This document shows positions 1 to 10,416 of a DNA stretch of 64,000 nucleotides, piece by piece. The position numbers and the translations under genes are program-made. The stretch's first letter is position 1, and every line of letters begins with the position of its first letter. The stretch is taken from assembly GCA_011605725.1 (NCBI GenBank), contig JAAOZP010000004.1:185739-249738 (forward strand), written 5' to 3'. This DNA is from Nitrososphaerota archaeon. GTDB taxonomy: Archaea > Thermoproteota > EX4484-205 > JAAOZP01. A model generated the notes under the pieces. The model made no database searches and was not told the DNA's origin. It saw nothing but the letters and a program-made list of their open reading frames with translations.

Positions 1-2
1 TC

Positions 3-548
3 AGTCCAACCTTTAACGGTTACCATGGAGTTGTAAGGAGGACTTTCAGGGTTGGCGAACCGATGACCCGGGGTCAGAGGGAGTTTCACGAGGCCGTTGA
101 AGGACTATACAGCATTGTGATGGAAGCGGTTCAGACAGCGGCAAGAGAAGAATTGCCATCTAACTATATTGACAAGCAGGGGAAGCAGTATCTTGAAAGC
201 CTGAGGCTTAGGGGTTTTAACGGGGTTTCAACCCCGATTGAACCATACACGTTCATCCATAACACGGGTTGCTCAGAGTGTCAAGAAGGATACGGGGCTG
301 TAACGCCTTATACCACGCAGCCACTGGGCAACCAGGTTACGCTGATGATCGACGTTGCTCTGCTCGGCTTCAGGCAGAGGGGGAAACCACTTTTCGAAAC
401 CATTTACGACGTTATTGAGGACGCGTTCTGGAAGAAGGGCAGGGAAGTCGGGGTTTACAATAGGATGCCGTTAAACGTGGAGCCTCTGGTTGGAAACACA
501 GAGCCCCTGGGCTCCAGTCTGAACCCTTACCATAAGAGTTTCACCTGA
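3..548 (+). CDS. M24 (Xaa-Pro aminopeptidase)-like protein, C-terminal part; frame open to the window edge
   Basis: Pattern GYHG-VRRTF-VGEP...QREF...FIHNTG...IED..W resembles the M24 fold with degenerate metal ligands; frame has no stop from position 3. Confidence 0.5.
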   Translation, partial: SPTFNGYHGVVRRTFRVGEPMTRGQREFHEAVEGLYSIVMEAVQTAAREELPSNYIDKQGKQYLESLRLRGFNGVSTPIEPYTFIHNTGCSECQEGYGAVTPYTTQPLGNQVTLMIDVALLGFRQRGKPLFETIYDVIEDAFWKKGREVGVYNRMPLNVEPLVGNTEPLGSSLNPYHKSFT

Positions 549-587
549 CGACTGTGTTCCAATAGTTTGAAGCGGGTCTCAACCGGT

Positions 588-1025
588 TTAGAGCTTTCTC
601 TTTTTTGCAACAATATGGAGGTGACCCCCGTAGCCCACTATGGATGGCTCCTCGCAAAGCATCAACTCCAGCTCCAGGAGTTTCTCAGCCTTCTCCTCAT
701 TCTGGAGAAGCATCTCTGTTTCAGGCCTGGAGACGTAGACCACGGTCTTGCCGACTATCTTAATGACTTCTAAACCGTTCTTCTCAAAAAGGCTTTTAAG
801 GTCGGATGGTGAAAAAGCCCAACAGTAGAAACCCCACGCTTCAGCGAAAAACCTTCTCTCCTTAAGGACTTTGAAGGCCTCCTCCGGCCCCTTACGGACA
901 AGCATACTCCTTACAATGTTGAAGAGGCTGTCGACCCCGGCAGCAATGAAGCATCCGGGTTTAAGAACCCTAGCCAGTTCCCCGACTGCCTTATCAGGAT
1001 TACTGCAGTAAGATATTGGGTCTCC
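588..1025 (-). pseudogene. Class I SAM-dependent methyltransferase, 5'-truncated
   Basis: Frame extends upstream of the ORF call as GDPISYCSNPDKAVGELARVLKPG...; ends GYGGHLHIVAKK; SAM-binding N-terminus missing. Confidence 0.75.
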
Positions 1026-1210
1026 CTAGGCGAGGGTAAAGCGCTACTGATCTTCGGCCCGCATTATGCAAGCCTTGGAAGCATAGAGTACTTCTTGAAG
1101 AGAAGAATCGATGTTGAGGAAATGATGAGCAGGTTCCCACTTGCATGATTTTGCCATAGTCAAAACTGGTAGGAAAGTTTAGATTTGACAAACTATTGCG
1201 CTGCTATTGT
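1008..1210 (+). repeat. Diverged duplicate of the 3' end and downstream flank of the NDH-2-like gene (14943-15146)
   Basis: Direct alignment by eye, e.g. aaagcgctactgatcttcggcccgcattatgcaagccttggaagca identical in both copies. Confidence 0.9.
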
Positions 1211-1379
1211 CAATTAATTAGGCATTATACATCCGTCTAGGACAGTTTTTATCCTAAGCCGCTCTCGCTTCATCGATAAAGATATCTAGTTTTCAGCTTT
1301 AGATAAGACTTCTCGCGCGAGCGCCGCTGATAAACCTGTTGCGTTTTTAAGCAGGCAAGTTCTCTACATCCTGAGCCTA

Positions 1380-1790
1380 ATGGCTGTCGAGAAGCTTTCA
1401 CTAAGATTGGCGAGGACGATCTTCTATCTTAAAGGGTTTGTCTGGCTCCTCAAGAGGAGAAGAGCATACTCGATGCAAGACGTCTTAAACCTCTTCTACA
1501 TGGATTTTCTAAAAATAGATGATAAGCATATCGAAGTCGTAAAGCTCGATGAGAACGAGCTCATAACTAGGTGTAGCAATCCATGCCCTATTTTAGAGCT
1601 TGCTAAGCGTCTCAATCTAGACACTAAGTATGTGTGTAAAGAGGTTTCTGAACCAGTCTGCAAATTCGTATTGAACAAGCTTAATCCAAGACTGGTGTTT
1701 GAGAGAAACTATGAACACATAAGACCACATGTTGAGAGCTGCGAGGAACATATATATTGGAGACGGGGTGAGAAACAAAGCGCACGCTAA
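1380..1790 (+). CDS. Hypothetical Cys-containing protein (V4R/ATC-hydrolase-like ligand-binding fold possible)
   Basis: ORF with C-x2-PCP...C-x6-C...C pattern; last codons and stop lie inside a palindrome variant (AAGCGCACGCTAA). Confidence 0.55.
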   Translation: MAVEKLSLRLARTIFYLKGFVWLLKRRRAYSMQDVLNLFYMDFLKIDDKHIEVVKLDENELITRCSNPCPILELAKRLNLDTKYVCKEVSEPVCKFVLNKLNPRLVFERNYEHIRPHVESCEEHIYWRRGEKQSAR

Positions 1791-1839
1791 ACAAAGAATC
1801 ATTGAGAAAGCACTAGGCTAAGTCAGAACTGATCCGGAG
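1791..1839 (+). pseudogene. ppsA 3'-tail fragment A (QRIIEKALG*VRTDP), between two palindromes
   Basis: Translation matches [17 protein letters not shown] of the 25436 copy. Confidence 0.7.
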
Positions 1840-2007
1840 CGCGCGCTAAACTAGTTGCATGGATTCTTGAGCATGTCGGCAGATCTGAGTTTCGAAGTTT
1901 TAAAGCATCAAGTTTAGTTAAAGCGAATTCGAGTATTTTTAAAAAAGTAGAATCGATTTTTACATTTTCTTAAGAGAAAAGTTTTTATAGTCTTTATAGT
2001 CTTTATA

Positions 2008-2265
2008 TTGATTGTGAGTACTATATCCGTTACTGAGGATGTTAAAGAAGCCCTTCTAAAGATAGCTGCGGAACTACAAATAAAGCTAGGTAGGAGAGTC
2101 GATCTGAATGATGCGATAAGATACTTGCTTAGAACTCGTGTTAAACATCCAGTTCTTCTAGATAACGCTTGTCGGCCTATTCCAGGCTTCGAGGATGCTT
2201 ATAAGGAATTGAGAAAGGAAAGGATGAGAGATGAAGAGAGAACTCGAAGGAAGCTTGGTCTTTGA
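2008..2265 (+). CDS. VapB-type antitoxin
   Basis: Small STISV-type DNA-binding N-terminus, overlaps a PIN gene; ttatagtct direct repeat just upstream may be an operator. Confidence 0.75.
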   Translation: MIVSTISVTEDVKEALLKIAAELQIKLGRRVDLNDAIRYLLRTRVKHPVLLDNACRPIPGFEDAYKELRKERMRDEERTRRKLGL

Positions 2266-2668
2266 CTCCAGTTCTATTCTCGAGCTATTATACTCTACAA
2301 GTAATGGAGTTAAACTGAAAGAAGCACTCAAGGCTGAGAAGGTTGAAGGAAATATTTCTGAAATAACTGTCGCAGAAATTAGCTACATTCTTTGCAGAAA
2401 ACTTGGTATTGAGGAAGCTCGAACCAGGGTTAAAAATTTATTGGACTCAGGTTACATCACGGTTCATGAAACTTTCAAGCTTATCGAATATGCTTCAAAT
2501 TATAAATGTAAGAGGAATCTTTCATTAGCAGACTGTTTTTCATTAGCATTGGCTAAAAAACTGACCGTACCCGTCTTGTTTGCTAGAAGGGAGAAAGAGC
2601 TTCTGGAAGAGATATCCAGTGGGCCTTTCGATGTCGAAATACTGTTCCTAGAAGATTTTACAAAATAA
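2231..2668 (+). CDS. vapC: VapC/PIN-domain toxin
   Basis: VFDSS...EITVAE...LSLADCFSLALA PIN motifs. Confidence 0.85.
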   Translation: MKRELEGSLVFDSSSILELLYSTSNGVKLKEALKAEKVEGNISEITVAEISYILCRKLGIEEARTRVKNLLDSGYITVHETFKLIEYASNYKCKRNLSLADCFSLALAKKLTVPVLFARREKELLEEISSGPFDVEILFLEDFTK

Positions 2669-2749
2669 TGATTAAAGCAATTATATGCTAAACCCATCGT
2701 TCTAAGTAAACTTTATCATGATTTTTATCGCGTGCTGTTTATTCCTCAA

Positions 2750-3075
2750 TTATCTTGAGACAACCTTCGCCAACCGCGAACACTTTGCTTTTAAAAAATC
2801 TTTCACTTTCTCTAGAGGCAAAGCAGTTGCTTTCACAAGTCTTAGGTTTAGGAGGATGAATCGAGAAAACAACAATACCATAGTATTATTCGGCGGAAAC
2901 ATGTCAGAATTCAGGAAATCCGTGTCTCTTGTGAGCAACACATGTTTCTCCCTTCTTGCTAGCGGCGCAACTTCGCTATTCACTATTCCTTTCGGAACAT
3001 ATTCTGCCAGAAATCCTTTTGAGTTTAAAAACTCTCAAACTTGATGTTTTCATCGAGCAGAAACCTGGAGCTCAA
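2750..3075 (-). pseudogene. DUF5615/Mut7-C-type PIN toxin, frameshifted
   Basis: RFLLDEN start, later REKHVLLTRDTDF in another frame. Confidence 0.7.
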
Positions 3076-3127
3076 CGTAACGTTCCCCCCTAGCATGCTT
3101 AGCAGCATACCTCAAAGCTTCATTGAT
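3050..3127 (-). pseudogene. DUF433 antitoxin C-terminal fragment cut at palindrome 3128
   Basis: INEALRYAA... tail directly upstream of the DUF5615 gene. Confidence 0.6.
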
Positions 3128-3229
3128 CAGCGCGCGCGATCATTCCACGTGCACTATTTTTAAGCACCCATATTAGTATTTTGGAAATACAAAAACTTTT
3201 TTATTCAAGCGTGAATAATCACATGCATA

Positions 3230-4924
3230 TTGCAGCGTTGCCACGTATGCGGAAGAACGAATGAAACATGTAAGCCCTGTCCCTACTGCAACTGGTGGTT
3301 CTGCGAACAGCACCTGGATCCGGAGCAGCATGACTGCACGGGTTTAAAAGCCTTGAGAAAAACGGATTACAGCAAGGTTAAACTAGAGGAGACAGTCAAG
3401 AAGTCTACAATACAGCGTTGGAGAGAAAAGGCGCCGAGCCTTTTCCTAGAGCTCGGGATTCTTCTCCTAGCATTGGCTGTGATTTTTGGAGCCAGAACAT
3501 CACCCTACATGAAGGTTCAGGCTGGAGAAGAACTCTGTCATAAGACTTTAGCGCTTGAACCTTTCAGCATCAAATGGTTTGAAATAGAAGTCATCCCTAG
3601 TCTTTCCACTAGGATGGAGAATCTGAGCCTCAGGATTGCGGCTTCTGAACAATTCTCCAGGAAGTTCAGCCTAGAGGTTTACGTGCTCACGCATGCTGAT
3701 GAAAGAAGGAGTTTTCTAGAATGGTGGTTTAAGATCAAGGAGCAAGGTTACTACGAGGAGCCGAATTTCACGAAACCACTGTACGAAGCGGAAGACGTTT
3801 CTAGAGTAGCAGCCACTGTTCCGGTTAATAAATCCGGTCTCTTCGGGCTATACTACGTCTTCTTCAACTGGAATCTTTTCAAGAATGTGAGTGTCACCGT
3901 CTCATCCTCGTTAGTATGGCTTAAGCCAGGGTATGTTAATCTGAGCTACAGCCTTGACTCACCTGGCTTGTACGCTGGGTTTCCTCTTTTAATACTCGAC
4001 GCATGCCTCCTCATTAGGCGGGGACTAGGAGGACGGTTCCCCAAGTTTTCTCGACGCTGGACAATGCTTTCCGACGCATTAATCTTCGCAGCAATACTGC
4101 TCCTGCCCTTCGTACTATACTTCTCCACGGAAGGGGATTTGAATAATGCGATAGTGTTCTTATTCAACTCTTATAACCCTATAGATGCTTTGAGCCCAGA
4201 GTCCCTAGCAATATACGCAATAGCACTGCAATCGATACTGCTCCACGAGTACGGGCATTTTGCAGCAGCTAGAGCAGCAGGTTTAAAGGCGGAGATAAGA
4301 GCATCGGAGGAGCCTAATGCTCTCGCAGTCACCAGGGTTTCAACCGAGAAGCCTATGACGATGCAGGATGTCTTCAGAATAAGGAGGATGGGGCCCTTAT
4401 CCAACCTGCTTCTCATAATCGTCAACATACCCCTGTTCCTTCTGTACTGGAGGCAGATGTTCGGCTTCGCAGCATTTTGGAACCTCATCGTGCTAAGCTG
4501 GAACGCAAAGGAGCTTAGCGCACCACCCGGGTACAGGAGGAAGCTTGTGAAGGATGCAAGAATACTGCCCGAGATCGCTGAGAAATACGTTAAGAGGGTA
4601 GAAGACAAGCTTGGTGTGAAGCTGGACTACAGCTTGGAATCCCTTAAAAACCTGGGAAACGTGACCAGCAGGCTTTTAGAAGACATTAAGGGCTCAAGAG
4701 ATTCTGTGAACATCGCGCTAGCGCTCTATGCATTAAGCACAGCAAGCTACATCGGAGAAGTCATCGTCAGAAACAAAAATGGGAAATGGGTTGAAGCGGA
4801 TAACCGTCTCGGCTGGGCTGTGAGGTTTGACAGCAAAGAAGTCGACGTCCTCCAAATGGTTATTGAAGGCTTCCTGACGCCAGAAAGGCTTAACGAACTA
4901 CTTGAAAAGCTAAAAAGCATGTGA
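3230..4924 (+). CDS. Multidomain membrane protein: AN1-type Zn finger, TM segments, M50-like zinc peptidase, DUF3806-like C-terminal domain
   Basis: CHVC..CPYC...FCEQH...HDC; HEYGH plus GPLSN; LDYSLESLK...SYIGEVIVR...W. Confidence 0.7.
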   Translation: MQRCHVCGRTNETCKPCPYCNWWFCEQHLDPEQHDCTGLKALRKTDYSKVKLEETVKKSTIQRWREKAPSLFLELGILLLALAVIFGARTSPYMKVQAGEELCHKTLALEPFSIKWFEIEVIPSLSTRMENLSLRIAASEQFSRKFSLEVYVLTHADERRSFLEWWFKIKEQGYYEEPNFTKPLYEAEDVSRVAATVPVNKSGLFGLYYVFFNWNLFKNVSVTVSSSLVWLKPGYVNLSYSLDSPGLYAGFPLLILDACLLIRRGLGGRFPKFSRRWTMLSDALIFAAILLLPFVLYFSTEGDLNNAIVFLFNSYNPIDALSPESLAIYAIALQSILLHEYGHFAAARAAGLKAEIRASEEPNALAVTRVSTEKPMTMQDVFRIRRMGPLSNLLLIIVNIPLFLLYWRQMFGFAAFWNLIVLSWNAKELSAPPGYRRKLVKDARILPEIAEKYVKRVEDKLGVKLDYSLESLKNLGNVTSRLLEDIKGSRDSVNIALALYALSTASYIGEVIVRNKNGKWVEADNRLGWAVRFDSKEVDVLQMVIEGFLTPERLNELLEKLKSM

Positions 4925-5396
4925 AAATGGTAAAGCAGGAACTCTAGTTCAGTATCCTTCAGATACTATGATTTCGACGGTAACAGGCCTTCACTTGTCT
5001 TTCCACCCTAGTGGTGTGAGCCATTGCGGACAATCAATCCTAAGACATCTTTTGACATCCGTATGGACGAGCTCATAAAGACGTTACTCCCTTGATGGTG
5101 CGCGCTATTCCGTTTTTGCGATGTCTCCATGCTTTAAATAAACATGAGAATCCACAATCATATTTTCTCAATAAGAATGCTATGTAAGAAAAATATTTAA
5201 CCTTTTCTTAGACACGAAGCAATATGCGATTCTTAACCAGCTAAAGTAAATTAGTAGCCTTGGCGCGCTACAAGTATGGCAAACAGCATTATAAGTTATA
5301 TGCAAGAAAAGAACATAGATCCGTAAAGAGGTGAAAATTCTAGAGTTACGCTTAGCTAACGAAATTGTAGAAAAACAAACACAGAATAAATTTTAT

Positions 5397-6447
5397 TCAG
5401 TAAGAAAGTTGTAGTGCTTTCATCCACTCTATGTATTTAGTTAGGTTAAACGGCGGGCTTCCAAGTAAGTAGTGATTCAAAAATTTTTTACCGTCTGTTT
5501 CCCATTCTATGACAAGCATTTTGTTCTCCTCTACTTACTCTAATTTTTCCTAGAGTAGCCTTGCTATAGGGACTAATTGAAAAATCGCCTGAGCTTAACT
5601 CTTCTTTTGTATCAGCATCAAAAACTCTGTGACTTCCTGTCTTTTCCAAAAAGGTATCGTTTACCCCAACTACTTTTATATGCCACTCCTCAGGTTCGCT
5701 TACCATTATACAGAAAGGTTCTTGAACTCTCTTTACGTAATAATAAGCAAGCTTTTTTTGAAGTAGTAGTCGACAATAGCATCTGAAATTTGGGGCCAAC
5801 AATCTATAACATTCCACCATATGATGCCCCAGATTTTGTTAGATAGTCGAGCTCTTTCTACGAAGAACTTTAATGCTTCGGCTTGAGTAATTTGACTTGC
5901 AAGTATAAAGTCGTTAAGGTTTTCGGGAATGAAACCGAAAAGTTCTTTCACCTGGTTAGCCATAAGCTCAATTCTGTTGTACTCTCTTTTTCTTGTTTTC
6001 CAGTGATCTACTGCATGAGCTCTCCAGTATTCGTTATTCCAAGGCCATAAGTAACCTTCAGGAATGAACTTCTTTAGACTTTCTAGCCTTGGACAACCAT
6101 GATAGCCTATCTCACTAATGAAGGAAGCTTTACTTTCTGTATAGAACCGGCTCTTGCAGTAATCTCTAGGTCCCCACAAGTGCATTTCTGGTGGAGAAAA
6201 CCTTTCACTTTGACCAACAACTTTATCAGAAAGATATGGCGAAGAAGGAACGTATGGCCTATAAGGATCTAATTGCTTACATACTGATGGTAAGACTTTT
6301 CTCGTTAGCACGTTGTCTGAAGGTCGAAGATTCTCTGAAATGTATGCATAATCACACTCGTTATCACCGCACCAAAGGATTAAGCTTGGATGATTTCTCA
6401 ACCTTTTTATGATCTTCTTTGCCTCTTCATATATTTCCTTCTGAAAC
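5397..6447 (-). pseudogene. GH2 beta-mannosidase-like glycoside hydrolase, C-terminal fragment with frameshifts
   Basis: RLRNHPSLILWCGDNE, PSSP, FISEIG, GIIWWNVIDCWP motifs; 5' end replaced by palindrome 6448. Confidence 0.85.
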
Positions 6448-6457
6448 TAGCGCGCGC

Positions 6458-7112
6458 GGGGGCTCCGGTTCATTCGACATAAAGGTAGAAGTCGGGAAGC
6501 ACCTAGTTGGTGGAGGAATCTATTTTGAACTTCTTTCACTGGACTTCGAAGATGTTTTCTCAGAGTACAAGAGGGTTTTGACCAGTTTCATCCTAACCGG
6601 TAGAGAAGTGAAAGCAAAGGTTGCGTTTGAAAATGAATTTAAAAACCTGCTTGAAGAATACCTAATATTCGGCGGTTTCCCGCGATCGTTAAGGAAAATG
6701 ACCAAGAGATTAAAAAAGAGCTTCTCAGAAACCTTGTGAGAACCTACTTGGAGAAAGACATCTTTTTCTTTCTGAACGTGAGGCATATTGAAAAATTCAG
6801 AAATCTGCTTCAATATCTAAGCTTAAACATCGGTTCCATGCTTGAAGTATCGTCAGTGATGAGTGAGCTCAAAATGGATTTCAGAACAGTCTAGTCTTAT
6901 CTCGCCATCTTGGAAAATACCTATTTAATCTCCCTCGTCAAGCCTTTTCACAAAAACCTCATAACCGAGCTTAAAAAGACGAGGAAGATTTACTTTAACG
7001 ACCTTGGCTTGAGAAACGCGGCCATAAACAATTTCGTCCAAACCGGAAGCAGAACAGATAAGGGTAGTCTTATTGAAAACTTCATACTGAATGAGCTTAA
7101 GACAAGTTTCGA
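6458..7112 (+). pseudogene. AAA_14/DUF4143 ATPase internal fragment
   Basis: GSGSF..., EYLIFGGFP, KIYFNDLGLRN, GSLIENFI; stops and frameshifts; palindromes at both ends. Confidence 0.8.
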
Positions 7113-7147
7113 GCGCGCGCGTGCAGGCGGAATGCTTATAGCTCGAC

Positions 7148-7882
7148 TTGTCTAACGAACCAACTATGAGAAAGCTGCTCCTAAAATGCACAGGACCATT
7201 TAGGTCGGGCAAGATAGTCGATAGACCAAATAGGTTCATTCTTCGCGTGAGGATGAACTCTTCCGTCGAAAGAGTTTACTTCCCAAATCCTGGCAAGCTA
7301 CACACCGTCATAGCACCAGGCCGCGAGGTCCTCTGCAAGCCGGCAACAATTGAAGGACGCAAAACCAACTTCAGCGCCTTCGCCGTCCGGCTGAGCAAGT
7401 TCTATGTGACCGTGAACTCGTCTTTTGCAAATACCATTTTCTCAACTGCAGTTGATAAGGGAATTCTAAGCGAGTTTAGAGGTTACGTGATATCTTCACG
7501 TGAACGCTTGGTTCCGAATTACGGGCGGATTGACTTCGTTCTCCGCAACACAAAAAATAGACATGTTTATGTGGAAGTGAAGTCCTGCACGCATGTTGAA
7601 AAAGGTGTTGCGAAGTTCCCAGATAGGCCGACTGTGCGGGGGAGGCGGCATCTTGCGATTTTGTCGAGGTTAGCTGAGAAAGGGGTGAGATGTTACGTAA
7701 TCTTCATCATTCAGAGGCCCGATGCGCAGTCGTTTGAGCCCTTCAGGGAAGTTGACCCGGAATTTGCAAGTCTGCTAGCAAATGCTGCCAGGGTCGGGGT
7801 CAAAATAATGGCAATGACGACTGAATTTATGCCACCAAACCTCTATCTTAAACGCGAGGACTTGCCAATAAAATTTGTATAA
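7148..7882 (+). CDS. sfsA: DNA/RNA nuclease SfsA
   Basis: RPNRF, NPGKL, RIDF, VEVKSCT, FPDRPTVRGRRHL. Confidence 0.92.
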   Translation: MSNEPTMRKLLLKCTGPFRSGKIVDRPNRFILRVRMNSSVERVYFPNPGKLHTVIAPGREVLCKPATIEGRKTNFSAFAVRLSKFYVTVNSSFANTIFSTAVDKGILSEFRGYVISSRERLVPNYGRIDFVLRNTKNRHVYVEVKSCTHVEKGVAKFPDRPTVRGRRHLAILSRLAEKGVRCYVIFIIQRPDAQSFEPFREVDPEFASLLANAARVGVKIMAMTTEFMPPNLYLKREDLPIKFV

Positions 7883-7907
7883 TATCTGGTGATCAGAACG
7901 CGCGCTA

Positions 7908-8267
7908 TGGTAGCTAAGCCGTAAACTGCGCCATAGAGGAAAATGCCGGTAAGACCCTTTCGTTTTTGGACCTTTATGCGTGCCCAAAAAGCTGGAAGTC
8001 TGATCTCTATTATCATGGCAACACCCATAAGGACCATGGCTGGACCTGCGACTAGTTCAAAGAGCGGCATGTACTGAGATACAAAATTGCCCAGTACGGA
8101 GGCGACAGTGCCAATCACAGAGAACACTGCGATTAGGCCTAGAGCGCAGGCAACTCCTCTTGGAACCGCCTTTTCCAAGGAAGGTTTAGTTCCTATATAA
8201 TATGATATATAGCCTGGGAGCATTGGAAAGCCGCATGGAGAAAAAGCGCAAATATACCAGCAGTGAG
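7908..8267 (-). pseudogene. Cytochrome c biogenesis CcdA/DsbD fragment
   Basis: LTAGIFA-FSPCGFPMLPGYISY...GAVYGLAT; cut at both ends by palindromes. Confidence 0.8.
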
Positions 8268-8354
8268 GAGCGCGCGCGCCGCAACAGCAGCGATGATAAC
8301 TCCTAGAAGGATCAACATTTTCGGTTCATACTTCCATTTCCTTAGCATTCCAAC

Positions 8355-9026
8355 TCATCTCTTTACCATCTCTTTGGTTTGGATGTAGGCTCCGTGCCAG
8401 TTATGATACCAGACCTGACCCGTGTAGGCGTTCACGCTGAGCATACCATAGGTTTTCCCATCCTTTTCGACATGGATCGTGTAGTACCCGTAGAAGGGAT
8501 GCACATCCCCAGCTATGGCGCCTGGAAGGTATGTGTCCATCCATCTCTGAGCGTACTCCTTCGCCTGATCCACACTGACCGATTTGTTTCCGATCCTTGC
8601 CATCCAGCCCATCATGCCATGCATCCCATACTTGGTGTTCCACATAATGTTCGGTCCCTGTTCGGGTCGAATGTAGTCGTTGCCCATCATTTTCATCATC
8701 CTTCCTGTGCCCGGCTTATCGATGATCATCTCAAACGCCCCAATGCCCGTGCTCCTCTCGTAATAGACAACGTAGAAGTTAAGCTCGAACTCCATGATCT
8801 CGTCAATCGCCAAATCCTCGTTGTTTAATGACTTTAAATAGTTCTCAGCGATCCTGATCGCATCGTCCATTGTGACTAGGCCTTGCCACCCAACCCCCAC
8901 GCCCTGCATTGGACACATTATTCCAAGCCCCCACATGGCAAAGGGTGCCAGAGAAAACATAAGTCCAAGGGACCCCGCTATGATTAACGCTGTTCCTATC
9001 GTTATCCTGTTTTTGCTCCGGCTCAG
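8355..9026 (-). CDS. Secreted Met/Gly-rich PepSY-like protein (probable CTG start at 9026)
   Basis: Two PepSY-like units, SVNAYTGQVWYHNWHG; frame open 22 codons above the ORF call, adding a signal-like TM segment. Confidence 0.7.
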   Translation of the reverse strand: MSRSKNRITIGTALIIAGSLGLMFSLAPFAMWGLGIMCPMQGVGVGWQGLVTMDDAIRIAENYLKSLNNEDLAIDEIMEFELNFYVVYYERSTGIGAFEMIIDKPGTGRMMKMMGNDYIRPEQGPNIMWNTKYGMHGMMGWMARIGNKSVSVDQAKEYAQRWMDTYLPGAIAGDVHPFYGYYTIHVEKDGKTYGMLSVNAYTGQVWYHNWHGAYIQTKEMVKR

Positions 9027-9133
9027 GATTCCAACTCCTCCTTCATCTTCAGGTACTGTTCCCTCGTGATCTCGCCCCTAGCGTATCGTTCCTTTAGGAT
9101 CTCAAGGGCCCTTCCCTCGCCCCTGGATTCTGA
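9023..9133 (-). pseudogene. SHOCT-domain protein C-terminal fragment
   Basis: RALEILKERYARGEITREQYLKMKEEL*; 5' part replaced at palindrome 9134. Confidence 0.8.
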
Positions 9134-9349
9134 TAGCGCGCGCCGGGATTCAAGATCCTTCCAAATCCCCCCAACCCCCTCGGGAACCCTTCAGAGTGCC
9201 CTCTTCATGGTGGCGCGCGGTGAGGCCCCACCAGAGCGCAAGCTACATTCAGCGTAGCTTACGCATAGTCATCAAAAACCCATTTCAAGCAGCCTTGTAT
9301 TAGCGAGGTAAAGTTAATTAAGCCTTGCCGCATAATTGAAGACAGAAGA

Positions 9350-9559
9350 ATGAGCGAAGTAACTTTGAGTATGGTGTATGAAGAGGTTAGGAAGCTGAGT
9401 AAGAAGCTGGATTTCCTTGAGGAGATAATTGAAGAAATAGTGATAAGGGAGCTGCCGAAGGCTAGGCTGAGTGACGAGGAGGTTTCAGAGATTAAAAGCT
9501 CGCTGGAGCAGATGAAGAAGGGCGATTACGTTACTTTAGAGGAATTGATGAATGCCTGA
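9350..9559 (+). CDS. Antitoxin of archaeal RelE-type TA pair
   Basis: Small acidic ORF overlapping a relE-like gene. Confidence 0.7.
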   Translation: MSEVTLSMVYEEVRKLSKKLDFLEEIIEEIVIRELPKARLSDEEVSEIKSSLEQMKKGDYVTLEELMNA

Positions 9560-9835
9560 ATATAGGGTTCTTGCCCATAGGAGAGTACTTAAATTCCTTA
9601 AACAACTGGAAGATGAGAATCTAAAAACAGGCTTAAAGAAACGATTCTTAGACTTAAAGACTACCCGGTTATTCTGAGAAGGCTTGATGTCGAAAAACTT
9701 GAGAACCTAGAAGGAGGCTACAGGGTCCGCTCTGGGGAATATAGAATCATCTTCATAGTTGATAAGAAGGAGAAGATAATCTTTATCACTCATATTGGTA
9801 AAAGAGAATCAATATACGAGAAAGAAATTAAATAG
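9552..9835 (+). pseudogene. RelE/ParE toxin, frameshifted in an A run
   Basis: MPEYRVLAHRRVLKFLK... then DVEKLE...YRVRSGEYRIIF...HIGKRESIY in the shifted frame. Confidence 0.8.
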
Positions 9836-9848
9836 CACATGAAACCCT

Positions 9849-9925
9849 TTACTCTTCGTCCGGGTCGGGCAGGTCCCAGTCAGGGTCAAGCTTGACTCGG
9901 CCTAGGGGCTTTCTTAAGCATTATG
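9849..9925 (-). pseudogene. ppsA 3'-tail fragment B
   Basis: [24 protein letters not shown]. Confidence 0.85.
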
Positions 9926-9963
9926 GAAACGCTTAAATTCTCCAAACTGATTGTCAATTAGAA

Positions 9964-10146
9964 GTGTCAGAGGTGGAGGCTACACTTAGGGAAATTAGGG
10001 AGGAGCTGAGGGAGATTAGGCTTCTGTATAAGGAGTTGATCGAGAGGCTCATACCTGTTGAGGAACCGTTAAGCGATGAGAAAGAGGCTATTGAGAGCAG
10101 CGATGAAACAGTAGGTGAGGAAGAACTCTTAAAGGCTCTGGATTAA
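9964..10146 (+). CDS. Antitoxin of RelE-type TA pair
   Basis: Small acidic ORF directly upstream of relE. Confidence 0.7.
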   Translation: MSEVEATLREIREELREIRLLYKELIERLIPVEEPLSDEKEAIESSDETVGEEELLKALD

Positions 10147-10147
10147 A

Positions 10148-10411
10148 TTGATTAAAATAGAGGCTAAAAAGAGAGTATTAAAAACATTAAGAGATTTAGA
10201 CAGGGATAGGAAAAACAGGATTAAAGAAGCCCTCCTCATCCTAAGCAACGATCCTCTACCTTTTAAAAAGCTTGATGTTATAAAGCTAAAAGGCTACGAG
10301 AACACGTATCGCATCAGGATCGGAGGCTTAAGAATAGTGTATGAGGTAAACTGGGACGAGAAAAAGATCATCATCCACTTCATAGGGCCCAGGGAGAAAG
10401 CCTATAAATAA
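10148..10411 (+). CDS. relE: RelE/ParE toxin
   Basis: DVIKLKGYENTYRIRIGGLRIVY...IGPREKAY. Confidence 0.88.
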   Translation: MIKIEAKKRVLKTLRDLDRDRKNRIKEALLILSNDPLPFKKLDVIKLKGYENTYRIRIGGLRIVYEVNWDEKKIIIHFIGPREKAYK

Positions 10412-10416
10412 AGACT

